Below are positions 1-12,447 of a stretch of 64,000 nt of DNA, piece by piece (the first letter of the stretch is position 1; every line of letters starts with the position of its first letter). Location: NCBI GenBank assembly GCA_035221665.1, contig CM069135.1, positions 54,994,001-55,058,000 of the forward strand, given 5' to 3'. A program made the translations under genes and the position numbers. This DNA is from Okamejei kenojei. Taxonomy: Eukaryota. The notes under the pieces were generated by a model that saw only the letters and a list, made by a program, of their open reading frames with translations, was not told where the DNA came from and did no database searches.

Positions 1-462
1 CCACAGTTTTTACATTCAAAGGACAATTGCACTGGAAAATTTGGAGAAGAATGACTTGCAAAGGGAAATGAGTCGAAATGGCAATTATATGGGGAAGGTG
101 AGACAGCGCTCAGCTGGATGAGGATGGAGAGGTCTCTGGCTTTGGCTCTATCACAAGAGGGTGATGTGTTAGAATCGGCCCACCTTGCTGTTGTGGAATT
201 CTTATGCTGTCCAAACTCAGAGATGGAATCCACAGATATTCTCCCAACTCGTGTAGATGCAGGCAACCGTGAATGTGCCTGGAACTTGCTTCTGTGACAC
301 AATTGCCCCAGCATTTGCCTGCAACAGCATTGTAATGCTAGAAAAAATCATGAGGCAGGTACAGTATGGGATTGCTATGCCTTATTTGTGAAACTAGTTA
401 GGAATCGGCATAATAACAGGACAGCCTGAAATGTCTTCTGCAGAAGTAGGGTGTTTGAGTTG

Positions 463-675
463 GGTCATAAGGTCATAAGGAATAGGAGCACAATTGGTTA
501 ATTCGGCCCATCAAGTCTACTCCGCCATTCAATCATGGTTGATCTATCTCTCCCTCTCAACCCCATTCTAAGTTGTCCAACAACTTTAGGCTGTGCACGC
601 CACACGAAAGAAGAAGAAGAACCCCATTCTCCTGCCTTCTCCCCATAACCTCATACACCTGTACTAATCAAGAAG
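463..675 (-). mobile_element. CR1 LINE 3' end fragment
   Basis: Reverse complement of the CR1 3' UTR seen elsewhere (gatcagccatgattgaatggcgg...). Interrupted by a 50-bp insertion at 570-619. Confidence 0.75.
570..619 (+). mobile_element. 5'-truncated copy of the HDV-ribozyme/(AAG)n short retroposon
   Basis: aagttgtccaacaactttaggctgtgcacgccacacg followed by (aag)n. 11-bp TSD aaccccattct at 559-569 and 620-630. Matches the 3' end of the copies at 28963 and 36880. Confidence 0.85.
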
Positions 676-1364
676 GTTGGTGCTCTGTGTTTTATAAATG
701 CTGACAGTAACTTGGTTGGGAAATTTGGCAACAAAAGAAAATGGTCCCTGATTATGTTGGCTGCTTTCCCAAGGCAGTGTGAAGTGTAGATGGAGTAGGT
801 TGGAGAGAGGGTGGATGCTGCATTCCGTGAAAGGCTGCATCCACAATTCTGTAATTTCTTACTGTCCTGGGTAAAGTAGTCATTATATCAAGCTGTGATG
901 CTTTCTATGGTGTGTTAACTTGTGTATTCCTCTCAATCCACATGTACATCAGTTCTGTGTCACCCATAAACATGGATATGTTACGTTTTGGACTTTTATC
1001 CAAATGATTAAAACACATTGTAAATAGTTGAGTGTACAGGATTTTTTATAACCATTTGCCTGGCCGAAAAAGACCATTTACAATAAAACATTAGTCCAGC
1101 ATGCTCGGGACTTTAATGGTACCAGACACAGAATTTTACCGGAGACACAGAAAACTGCAGGTGCTGGAATCTTGGGGAACTCTGACAGTATCTGGGGAGG
1201 GAATGGCCAGGCGACTTTTTCTTTTTTTTTTTTTTACCCTCAATCCACTGAGTTCGTCAAAGTGCTTTGTTTTATTGGTATTACCATTGGTTTATTGTTG
1301 TCATGTGCACCCAGAAACGGTGAAAACACTTGTTTTGAAAGCTATCCATGCAGGAGTCGTGACC

Positions 1365-3392
1365 CCCTATTGATGACCTCTTCTCCCATCTCCAACTACC
1401 TGCTTAGACCATTTTATTTTAAACTGTCGGTGTGACATCAACCGCCTCAACATCTCCACTCCCCTTTCTCACTCTACCCTCTCCCCCCCTGAACGTACAG
1501 CCCTCCACTCACTCTGCAACAACCCAGACTTGGTGATCAAACCTGCAACTGATCTCTACAAGTCTGAGGGCCGGTGCCAATTCTCAGACACCTCCTCCAA
1601 CTTATCCTTGGACCATGACCCCACAGACGAGCACCAGGCCATTATATCAAACACTATCACTGGCTTTATCACTTCAAGCTCCCTACCCTCCCAAGCCTCC
1701 AACCTCATCGTTCCCCAAGCCCCGCACGGCCCGATTTTACTTTTTCCACAAAATCCACAAACCTGACTGTACTGGCAGACCCATTGTTTCTGCTTGTTCG
1801 TGTCCCACCAAACATATTTCCACACACCTCGACTCCAGCCTATCCCCCTTGGTTAAATCCCTCCCTACCTATGTCCAAGACACCTCACACTCTCTTCGTC
1901 TCCTCCATGACTTCCGTTTTCTAGGCCCCCATTCCCTCATCTTCACCATGGATGTCCAGTTACTCTACACCTCCATCCCCCACCAGGAGGGTCTTAAAGC
2001 CCTCCGTTTCTTCCTCGACCACAGAACCAACCAATCCCCATCTAGCGATACTCTCCTCTGCCTAGTGGAGCTGGTCCTTACCCTCAACAACTTTTTGTTT
2101 GACTCCTCCTATTTCCTCCAAATCCAAGGCGTAGCTATGGACATGCGCATGTGGCCCCTGCTATGTCTGCCTCTTCGTAGGGTACATCGAACAATCCTTG
2201 TTCGAGACGTACAATGGCCCTATCCCCGAACTCTACCTCCGCTACATCGATGACTGTATTGGTGCTACCTCCTGCACCCACACACAACTCACTGACTTCA
2301 TCTATTTCACCACTAGCTTCCATCTGGCACTCAAATTCACCTGGACCATCCCTGCTTCCCTCCCTGCTACCTGTAAGGACTATCTCCCCTACTCCCAATT
2401 CCTCTGTCTACACCGCATCTGCACCCAGGATGAGATGTTCCAAACCAGGGCATCGGAGATGTCCTCGTTCTTTAGGGAACGGGGGTTCCTCTCTTCGACT
2501 ATAGATGAGGCTCTCACCAGGGTCTCTTCTATATCCCGTAACTCTGCTCTCACTCCCCATCACCCCACTAGTAACAAGGGGAGAGTCCCCCTTGTCCTCG
2601 CCTTCCACCCTACCAACCATCACATACAACAGATAATTCTCTGACATTTTCGCCACCTCCAATGGGATCCCCCCCACTGGCCACATCTTCCCATCTCCTC
2701 CCCTTTTGGCTTTCTGCAGAGACCGCTCCCTCCGTAACTCCCTGGTCAATTAATTCCTTCCCACCCCAACCACCCCCTGCCCTGGTATTTTCACTTGCAA
2801 CCGCAGGACATGCTACACTTGTCGCTTTACCTGCCCCCTTGACTCCATCCAAGGACCTAAGCAGTCTTTCCAGGTGCTGCAGAGGTTCACCTGCACCTCC
2901 TCCAACCTCATCTATTGCATCCACTGCTCTAGGTGTCAGCTGCTCTACATCGGTGAGACCATGCATGGGCTTGGCGATCACTTCGCCCAACACCTTCGCT
3001 CAGTCCGCAATAACCAACCTGATCTCCCGGTGGCTCAGCACTTCAACTTCCCCTCCCATTCTGAATCCAACTTTTCTGTCCTGGGCCTCCACCATGGCCA
3101 GAGTGAGTCACACAGCAAATTGGAGCAGCAGCAATTCATGTATGCTTGGGTAGTTTACACCCCAGCGGCATGAACATTGACTTCTCCAATTTCAGGTAGT
3201 CCTTGATTTCTCCCTCTTTCCCCTCTCCTTCCCAGCTCTCCCACAGCCCACTGTCTCCACATCTTCCTTTCTTTTTTCAGCCCCCACCACCCCCACATCA
3301 GTCTGAAGAAGGATCTCCACCCGAAACGTCACCTATTCCGTCGCTCCATAAATGTTGCCTCACCCGCTGAGTTTCTCCAGCATTTTTGTCCA
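1365..3392 (+). mobile_element. Penelope-like retroelement (RT + GIY-YIG endonuclease, frameshifted) with 3' pLTR/hammerhead motif
   Basis: ORFs 1615-2253 (KIHKPDCTGRPIVS, FTMDVQLLYTSIPH), 2198-2644 (YLRYIDD) and 2874-3173 (FTCTSSNLIYCIHCSRCQLLYIGET). The terminal repeat carries ctgaagaa...gaaacgtc at about 3303-3330. Confidence 0.9.
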
Positions 3393-3938
3393 CAGGCAAA
3401 TGTTAGTATATGGCAGTACAACCAAGCCATATATGAGTACAACGGGATGTAATCATACGGCTGTTTTGAGAAGTATGTACTGGTTCCCAGTCACCCGACA
3501 TGCTAATTGCATCCGCGATGATTAATTACATTAACAAAGTACGCTTTCCATTGCATGAAACGATGTTGACTGGCTCATTTTATCCTGTTTTTTTCGAAGT
3601 TTCCTGATACTATGTCCTCAATGATAAATGCCAATGTTTTGCCAACAACTGATATCGACCTGATTGATCTCCGGAGCCTTCCCGTTGGGGATTTGCGTAT
3701 CTGGCCAGGGAATCTCTTCCTATTTTGTCCTCTCAATTTCCCCAGCACTTCCTCTTTGCTGCTATCGCCTACACTTCATATCCCTTTTTGCCATGAGACC
3801 CATCAGATAGCCTCTAAGCCTGGACTATTTATTGTTCTCCCACACTGCAAAATATTTGCCCATTGTCTCAGCCAATGTTTACAATTTCTCAACGTAATTT
3901 CTCCTGCCTGGATAGGAACACGCGCAAAATAGAATTCA

Positions 3939-4166
3939 CGGTAGACACAAAATGCTGGAGTAACTCAGCAGGACAGGCAGCAACTCTAGGGACAAGGAAT
4001 GGGTGGCGTTTCGGGTCGAGAGCCTTCTTCGGGTCTGAAGAAGGGTCTCGACCCGAAATGTTACCCATTCCTCCTCCGCAGAGATGCTGCCTGTCCTGCT
4101 GAGTTACTCTAGCATTCTGAGTCTATCTTCGATTTAAACCCGCAACTGCAGTTCTTTCAAACACAC
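3939..4166. mobile_element. Palindromic Penelope-pLTR/hammerhead short element
   Basis: Imperfect inverted repeat centred on cttcttc-ggg-tctgaagaag. 10-bp TSD atagaattca at 3929-3938 and 4167-4176. Confidence 0.85.
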
Positions 4167-4249
4167 ATAGAATTCATGATGTGCCATAGTAACCCCAATG
4201 CACCAGGAACCCCTTTCACCATGTATGTGTGCACATTGGAAATGTATTT

Positions 4250-4568
4250 GGAGCAACCCACACGCTGCATGTTCATGCCCCCCAACAGCTGGACTGACTT
4301 AACCGACGTCTGTTGCCGTTTGCAAATATTATTGTGGAACAGCCTTAATAAAAAAAAAATGTCAGCGATATCCGCTCTGTTAATGAATCTTCTGAATTAT
4401 TTAGGGATCCTAACACCACGCTGGATGCTCCGTGGTGAGTTGCCTAGAGGGGAGGAGACGCCGAGGGCTGCTCAGCGCTGTGTTGTTGTGAGCGAGGAAG
4501 GCGAGTCAGAGTGTAGAGGCACCTGCTCGGGGCCAGCATTGACCGCGCTCACCCACCTCCCGCTCAGC
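4250..4568 (+). promoter_or_regulatory. Probable otof proximal promoter / 5' UTR
   Basis: Locally GC- and CpG-richer, repeat-free sequence immediately upstream of the otof ATG. The TSS cannot be located from sequence. Confidence 0.5.
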
Positions 4569-4647
4569 ATGGCTCTCATAGTGCATCTGAAAACCGTCAC
4601 CGATCTCCGGGGGAAAGGAGACCGCATCGCAAAAGTAACCTTTCGAG
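4569..4647 (+). CDS. otof: Otoferlin coding exon 1 (start of C2A domain)
   Basis: ATG at 4569 translates [26 protein letters not shown](G), closely matching the vertebrate otoferlin N-terminus (human [27 protein letters not shown], from memory). 79 coding nt, then a GT donor (G|gtaaac) at 4648, phase 1. Confidence 0.95.
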
Positions 4648-4976
4648 GTAAACTGAGAGAATCTCTCTATGTTTTTTTACCGCGGATTGCAATTTACATG
4701 GCCGCATCTGGATGCGGTGGATTGGTTTTAATGCGATACCAGATTATTGGAGGTGGACTCCTCAAGAAATATCCAGGTGTGGGGCAGGCTGACTTGTACT
4801 GTGGTGTGATGTGACCCGGGCAAAATCCATTCAGTGATTGCACCAAAGAAAGTTATGATATCCAGAGAAGTGGACTCGGCTCCGGGGAACTAGATATCAG
4901 TCTGAATTACTATCAGTCTTGAATAACTATTCATTGCTAAGCCTGGTATATTTTGATAATCCATCCATCAACCTTG

Positions 4977-5396
4977 CACCCGCTAGAATTTAGACTATTG
5001 AGGGGGGATCTTATAGAAACTTACACAATTCTTAAGGGGTTGGACAGGCTAGATGCAGGAAGATTGTTCCCGATGTTGGGGAAGTCAAGAACAAGGGGTC
5101 ACAGTTTAAGGATAAGGGGGAATTCTTTTAGGACCGAGAGGAGAAAAACATTTTTCACACGGAGAGAGGTGAATCTGTGGAATTCTCTGCCACAGAAGGT
5201 AGTCGAAGCCAGTTCATTGGCTATATTTAAGAGGGAGTTAGATGTGGCTCTTGTGGCTAAAGGGATCAGGGGGTATGGAGAGAAGGCAGGTACAGGATAC
5301 TGAGTTGGATGACCAGCCATGATCATATTGAATGGCGGTGCAGGCTCGAAGGGCCGAATGACCTACTCCTGCACCTATTTTCTATGTTTCTATGTT
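4977..5396 (+). mobile_element. CR1 LINE 3' fragment
   Basis: LEFRLLRGDLIETY...TRGHSLRI...VNLWNSLP, the ORF2 C-terminus, followed by the 3' UTR and (tttctatg)n tail. Confidence 0.9.
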
Positions 5397-6624
5397 AACC
5401 TGGTTAAGATAACTGCATTGTTGTGGCATTGCATCCTTTACACAATGTGTTTAAAAAGTACTGTGGTAATTATTATTTATATATTGTGCATGTAATCTAT
5501 GGTAATAGTCAACATGAATGCAGGTTGTGTCTGTTTTTATATCTGTCACGGCAGTAGCTACCTGTTTCAGTCTATCATGCATGGCAACATGCAGAAAAAA
5601 AGCTTTAAAAAAAAATACCACCTGCTTCCGCGGCGATGGTGGTGGTTGCCGGCTGGACTGTGAGTGGAAGGGTGAGGAATGGGGGCTTGTCGCCAGTGGT
5701 GCTGGAGAAGCACCCGATCCTTTCCACTTACTTTCGTGTCTTCCGTTGTATCAGATGAGTGCAATCTGAAGGATGTGAGCGGCGCTCAGGGGAAATGTTC
5801 AAATCAACATCTTTCTGTGAATTGTTTTTTGCCTCTTCCAGATACAATAATAAAGTGTATGAAATTGTTTCTGGTAATATTTTTCAGCCTTGTATAAGTG
5901 CTTGGGGTGACATTCTTCAGCCTGTTAATTTAATGAAGCGTATTAAGCAAATGACTGGTTTAATATTGCCATTGAAATAGCGGAAAAAGATATTAAATCT
6001 GAAATCTGAAGGATTGACTCAGTAACGCGGCCAGTCATCATTTTGGTTTTATGAACGCCTAGAATGTTTGGATTTTCCTCCAAGAAATCAAAATACGGAA
6101 AACACTCAGTGGGTCGGGCGCATCTATGTAAAAGAGAGTTAACTTTCAGATCAATTAATTTTTTTATTCCCTTGATCACGGGTACAAGAAACATGGACAT
6201 TGTCACACCTACGAAATGTTATGGAATAACCTCTACAACAGTTCTTGGGTTACCGTTGACATTTTTAAGAAAATTGTGTCATCGACGGAACCCAGCAACT
6301 TTCCTCCCTCCGGTCTTAGCGAAGACCAGGGGTAAAGCAAAATTATACTTTTATCTAACTTTTAAATGCTTAAGTTATATTACATTACCCCTGGCCTCAG
6401 ATGGAAAGTTTTTATAGAAACCAGAGTTGTACGGTGTGCTGCTAGTTGAGGTGAGTACAGGACAACGTTTGGAGCTTCATTAGTCCCGTTGTTACATTTA
6501 ACTAGGGAATAGAATGGCTTACTAGGTCACCATATTATAAAGTTGAAATTGCAGTCATCGAAGCATCTTTGGAACCAAGGAGTTTCATAGGCAGTCAATG
6601 GAGCCAATAATAGAAATGAGATCC

Positions 6625-7291
6625 ACCATTGACCAAATGGGGCCAGCCCAATAACCTGGTTCTCAACACCAGCAAAACCAAGGAACTGATTGTGGACTTT
6701 GGAAGGGGTAGGATGGGGACCCACAGTCCTGTTTATATCAATGGGTCGATGATGGAAAGGGTCAAGAACTTCAAATTTTTGGGTGTGCATATTTCCAAAG
6801 ATCTCTCCTGGTCCCAGAACACTGATGCAATCACAAAGAAAGCACATCAGTGCCTCTACTTCCTTAGAAGATTACGGAGAGTTGGTATGTCAAGGAGGAC
6901 TCTCGAACATCTACAGGTGCACAGTAGAGAGCTTGCTGACCGGTTGCATTGTGGCTTGGTACGGCAACCTGAGCGTCCAGGAGCAGAAAAGGCTGCAAAA
7001 AGTTGTAACCACTGCCCAGTCCATCATCGGCTCTGACCTCCCTACCATCGAGGGGATCTATCGCAGTCGCTACCTCAAAAAGGCTGCCAAGGACCCACAC
7101 CATCCTGGCCACACACTCATCTCTCTGCTACCATCAGGTAGAAAGTACAGGAGCCTGAAATCTGCAACATCTAGGTTCAGGAACAGCTTCTACCCCACAG
7201 CCATCAGACTATTAGACACAACTTCAAACAAACTCTGAACTATAACAGCCTATTGCACTTTATCTTGTTTATTGATGAGTGTGTGTGTGTG

Positions 7292-7358
<67 letters not shown>

Positions 7359-7469
7359 TGATCTGATCTGTATTTATGACTACAATATCCTGATGTGCTT
7401 CAGCAATGCAAGAATTTCATTGTCCTATCTGGGACACATGACAATAAACTCTATTGACTTGACTTGACT
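6625..7469 (+). mobile_element. Rex1/Babar-like LINE 3' fragment
   Basis: NLVLNTSKTKELIVDF, FKFLGVHISKDLSW, LYFLRRLR, VESLLTGCIVAWYG, LLPSGRKYRS, RFRNSFYPTAIRLL. Ends in aataaa and a (ttgac)n tail at about 7455-7469. Confidence 0.85.
7279..7355. repeat. (TG)n(TA)n microsatellite
   Basis: Dinucleotide runs read directly from the sequence. Confidence 0.97.
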
Positions 7470-9439
7470 AATAGCTGCCAATTGACAAATAGCTTAACCA
7501 CAGTATGAGAGAGATAAATAACAATCTGCTTTAGTGATGCTGGTTGTTCAGTAAATATAATATGAGGAAAACACCTGCAGACATCTGCTGACATTGTCTT
7601 TTTGCCATTATATTGTCACCCAATTAATTGGAGGTAGGATTGCACATATGATTAACTGAACAACATAGTCAATTTACTCAGTAAACAATCTATTTAAAGG
7701 GCAGAGGAAACAAATTGCACCAAGTTCTCCCAGTAAAATTAGGAGAATTCACTTCTACTCCCTCCCAAAAAGACAGTCACTGCAGTGAAATCTACAGCAA
7801 AATCTTTCTTAATCACCTTCAACCAGCCATTTCGTGGGGAATCGCATTGGATCTGACGGAGACTTTTCACCTTCTCATCTGTGCCATTGTTAAGCTTGGT
7901 ATATTCTGCCTCCATATTACTAACTAACTACACCTATTGCCTGACCAGATATTCTCTAATAATACTTGAATAGCTTCCTTTGTACTCACTATGAACCAAG
8001 GTAGGGTGTATACAATCAAACTCTCATGCATATAACCAACTTTACAGTCATGCTTTTCACTCTTCATTCCATGCTTGCTGATGTACATTCATTGTTGATT
8101 AGGCAATGTTTCAATATCAAAATCTCACTTTTATTTCAAAACATTCCATAACTTGGCGCTCTATCTACGTAAACTTTATCATTCCTGTTGTCATCCAAGG
8201 TGCTTAAAATCGTTCAGTTCAATCCTCTTGATTATTCATACCTTTGATCCCTTCACCACTTGCAGTTGCGCCATTACCTGGTAAGGTCCTAAGTTCTGCA
8301 ACTCCCTTACTCAAGCACCTCACCTCTCCAACTCTCTTTCTACTTCTGAGGTACTATATAAAATGATCTCTTTTGATCAAATCTATCATTGTCTGCCCTA
8401 CTCTCGTACCAATTGTTTTGGGTATTCTACTGTGAATCATCTTGCATAGTTTACAGCATTAAAAATGCTACACAAATTCAAGTAGCTGGTGTTATTTTTG
8501 AATTATAGTAACTTGTACAGTGCTGCAGCCCATCTATACTGCACCAGGCAGCCCAAACTTAAAAAAGAGTTGTCACTGAAATTAATGCCAAGCTCCATTC
8601 AAAGTGAGGGGGGGGGGGGGCAGCAATTTGGAACCTAAATGATTTTGATTGATTCAACACTAAAAAAAAATCTTCCTGTGTTCCACCTAATGTTAAAAGT
8701 GGTCTGAAGTAACTTGCAATGCAAATATGTTGGTTTTATCATGGCTTTAAGATTATTATTACACCAAAATATTTCGTCAAAAATATTAACTAAGGTTGAA
8801 ATACCTCTGAAATTACTTTTGATTTTTAGTTCAATCTTTTTGGCACATAGGTACACTTGTAAATGCATCGGTGAATTACATGTACAAAGGCATATAAACA
8901 TAATTATGCAATTGTGTCAATATTCGTACCTTAGGAAATGTATTGAACAACAGCAAACCTTTCAATTGGGAAACTTTCTCAGCTGTTTATCAACGGGTTT
9001 AAAAACGACATAACCAGAATGATATTTTAATTATATCAAATAATTATGTGCCATTAGATAACCATTAAGAGAAATATCCAGCAATGTTGTGGAAGATGAT
9101 AGTCCTTCAATTGCCCACGGCTGTAATGCTACATAGTTTTGACACATTTTGTTGATGGGGGAAAATAAGATGATTGTGTGTGCATATCAGATTAACATAA
9201 CGCAGTTAAAGCACTTTTTGGAAGTTAAAACACAGATTGTAATAGATCCATTCCATTGAAATGAATTGTGGAGCAGGTTAGGTAAAAGTCACTTAATCGT
9301 ATACAGAAGTATATGAGACAAACAGAGCTGCTTGCACAAACTGCACACTGATGATGAAAGTCTTGAAGGTGCTTTTTTCCTGTTGTCTGTTGAATTATTA
9401 CAGAATATCTGAATGTCATCTTTATAATTGCAGTTCTTT

Positions 9440-10415
9440 TTTGCAGTGAAAAAAGCGAATGGTATGTTAGCTTTCATAGCAAAAGGATTTGAGTACAGGA
9501 GCAGGGAGGTTCTACTTCAGGATTTTAAGGATAAGGGGAAATCCTTTAAGACCGAGATGAGAAAGACTTTTTTCACACAGAGAGTGGTGAGTCTCTGGAA
9601 CTCTCTGCCACAGAGGGTAGTTGAGGCCAGTTCATTGGCTATATTTAAGAGTGAGTTGGATGTGGCCCTTGTGGCTAAGGGGATCAGAGGGTATGGAGAG
9701 AAGGCAGGTACGGGATACTGAGTTGGATGATCAGCCATGATCATATTGAATGGCGGTGCAGGCTCGAAGGGCTGAATGGCCTACCCCTGCACCTAATTTC
9801 TATGTTTCTATGTTTCTATGTTTCAGTTGTACAGGGTCTTGGTGAGACCACACCTGGAGTATTGCGTACAGTTTTGGTCTCCAAATCTGAGGAAGGACAT
9901 TATTGCCATAGAGGGAGTGCAGAGAAGGTTCACCAGACTGATTCCTGGGATGTCAGGACTGTCTTATGAAGAAAGACTGGATAGACTCGGTTTATACTCT
10001 CTGGAATTTAGGAGATTGAGAGGGGATCTTATAGAAACTTACAAAATTCTTAAGGGGTTGGACAGGCTAGATGCAGGAAGATTGTTCCCGATGTTGGGGA
10101 AGTCCAGGACAAGGGGTCACAGCTTAAGGATAAGGGGGAAATCCTTTAAGACCGAGATGAGAAAGACTTTTTTCACACAGAGAGTGGTGAGTCTCTGGAA
10201 CTCTCTGCCACAGAGGGTAGTTGAGGCCAGTTCATTGGCTATATTTAAGAGTGAGTTGGATGTGGCCCTTGTGGCTAAGGGGATCAGAGGGTATGGAGAG
10301 AAGGCAGGTACGGGATACTGAGTTGGATGATCAGCCATGATCATATTGAATGGCGGTGCAGGCTCGAAGGGCTGAATGGCCTACTCCTGCACCTAATTTC
10401 TATGTTTCTATGTTT
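9440..10415 (+). mobile_element. Young CR1 3' fragment containing a nested near-identical CR1 3' end (9521-9821)
   Basis: ORF 9818-10321 (LVRPHLEYCVQFWSP...RGDLIETYK). Segment 9525-9815 is repeated 600 bp downstream. TTCAG is duplicated at 9516-9520 and 9822-9826. Confidence 0.9.
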
Positions 10416-11107
10416 TTATAATTTCAATGAATAATGGCTGATGAGTGAGGCTTTCTATTTATTGGTAGCACTCATCTCAAAGCCGGTCTTTTTGCAGCAA
10501 TGTACTAGTGAAATACGAGATGCTGTTCTTCCAATTTCCGTTGGGCCTCACTCTGACATTGGAGGAGGCCCAGGCCAGAAAGGTCAGTGTGGGAATAAAA
10601 ATGTTTAGCAACTGGCCAAGTCTATGCCCATTGTGTTTCCTTCAACAACCACTGAGTCTAATTAAACTCATCTGCTTGATCCTTACAAATTATTTTTTTA
10701 AGCAATTTGAAAGAATACTTAGATTCTGAATAAATTTGCAAGAGGCAGTATAAATAAAATTTCCTAACCTCCGAGTCAATTATTTTGTGCTTCATGGGCA
10801 ACAAGATGGCATTGGAAGTAGCACACACGTCTCACAGCTCCAGTCACCTGACCTGACCTCCAGCGCTGTCTGTATGGAGTTTGCATATTCGCTCTGTGGC
10901 CACATCCTTCCTTCAGACTAGACTGGAACCAACTAGATATTATTACAAAAGTAATGATGATCAACAATACTTCATTCTTGATCTTCTTCCTCCATTCCAA
11001 AGATGCATTGATCATCATTGGCTGCTGCAAATCACCCTCACTTTAAGTGACTAATATAAATATTAGGGTCATGGTGAATGTTAACCAGCATGCATGAGAG
11101 TCATTTA

Positions 11108-11490
11108 CAGGGCGGCACAGTCTGAAGAAGGGTCTTGACCTGAAACATCACCTGTTCCTTCTCTCCAGAGATGCTGCCAGAGACAGCTTTTTGTGTCTAT
11201 CCACAGTGTTAGACCTGCTGCCTCACAGCGCCAGATACCTGGTTTCAATCCTGATTATGTGTGCTGTCTGTGTGGAGTATGTACATTCTACCTGTGACTG
11301 CCTTGTTTTTCTCTGGGTGCTCCGGTTTCCTCTCACATTCCAAAGACATGCAGGTTTGTTGGTTGATTGATTTCTGTGAATTGCCCTGGTGTGTAGGATA
11401 TTGGGGTGGTCTAACATGTAACTGGTGTGCAGCTAGTTGGGGTGGACTTGGTGGGCCAAGGGGATGTTTCTAGGCTGTATCTCTAAACTC
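11108..11490 (+). mobile_element. tRNA-type SINE interrupted by a Penelope/hammerhead fragment (about 11120-11200)
   Basis: SINE body (gctgcctcacagcgccaga, gctgtctgtgtggag, ctccggtttcctc, ctgtatctctaaact) with ctgaagaagggtcttgacctgaaacatc inserted near its 5' end. Confidence 0.7.
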
Positions 11491-12049
11491 TATACTAAGT
11501 TAAGGAATGGGATTGCTGCGATTTCTCTGAGGCAACAAAGAAGAGGGTAATCTGCCCGTTGAAGGTGGGTAATGAGGTGCTGCCAGAGTGACTGCAGTGT
11601 ATTTTGCAGATGACAGGCACCGCAGCTCATGTGCACCAATGGTGGGGGAAAAGAGTGGTCAATTGGATACCAATGGAGCAGGCTGCCATTTTGGATGGTG
11701 TTGAGCTCCATGACAATTGTTGACGTCGCATCTGGACAATATTCTGTCATATTCCTGACTGCAACCTTCCAGGTGGTGGAACGATTTTGGCATGTCCTCA
11801 ATATTACAGCAGTGACAAGACTTCACTAATTACATAATTAGGTGTAAGGTACTTTTTAGCACTTTGAGGTCATAAAGATGCTCTTTAAATGCAAGTCTTT
11901 CTTTATAGTTATAAAGTTGCTCGCCTTACAATTGATTTTATCAAGTTTGATTATTTATGTAGGTTATACTGTGACCTGAGCAGCTTTAGATAGCAGTGAT
12001 TTACCCCAGACCCTTGGTGAAAGAGACGTGGGAGTTATTGGGGGCATTG

Positions 12050-12447
12050 TATACTCTGGAGTTTAGAAGGATGAGAGGATATCTTATTGAAATATAAGAT
12101 TATTAAGGGTTTGGACACGCTAGAGGCAAGAACCATGTTCCCGATGTTGGTGGAGTCCAGAACCAGGGGCCAGAGTTTCAGAATAAGGGGTAAGTCATTT
12201 AGAACAGGGACGAGGAAACATTTTTTCTCACAGAATGTTGTGAGTCTGTGGAATTCTCTGCCTCAGAGGGCAGTGGAGGCCGGTTCTCTGGATACTTTCA
12301 AGAGAGAGCTAGATAGGGCTCTTAAAGATATGGGGAGAAGGCAGGAACGGGGTACTGATTGGGGATGATCAGCCATGATCACATTAAATGGCGGTGCTGG
12401 CTCAAAGGGCCGAATGGCCTACTCCTGCACCTATTGTATATTGTCAT
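12050..12447 (+). mobile_element. CR1 LINE 3' fragment
   Basis: KIIKGLDTLEA...VVSLWNSLPQRAVEA followed by the CR1 3' UTR. Confidence 0.85.

Noticed and set aside
4176-4814. 212-aa ORF as a single-exon gene
   Set aside because: Only codons from 4569 to 4647 match otoferlin. The rest runs past the GT donor into intron 1, or lies upstream without recognisable homology.
7279-7467. 62-aa IY-repeat ORF
   Set aside because: It is a translation of the (TA)n microsatellite.
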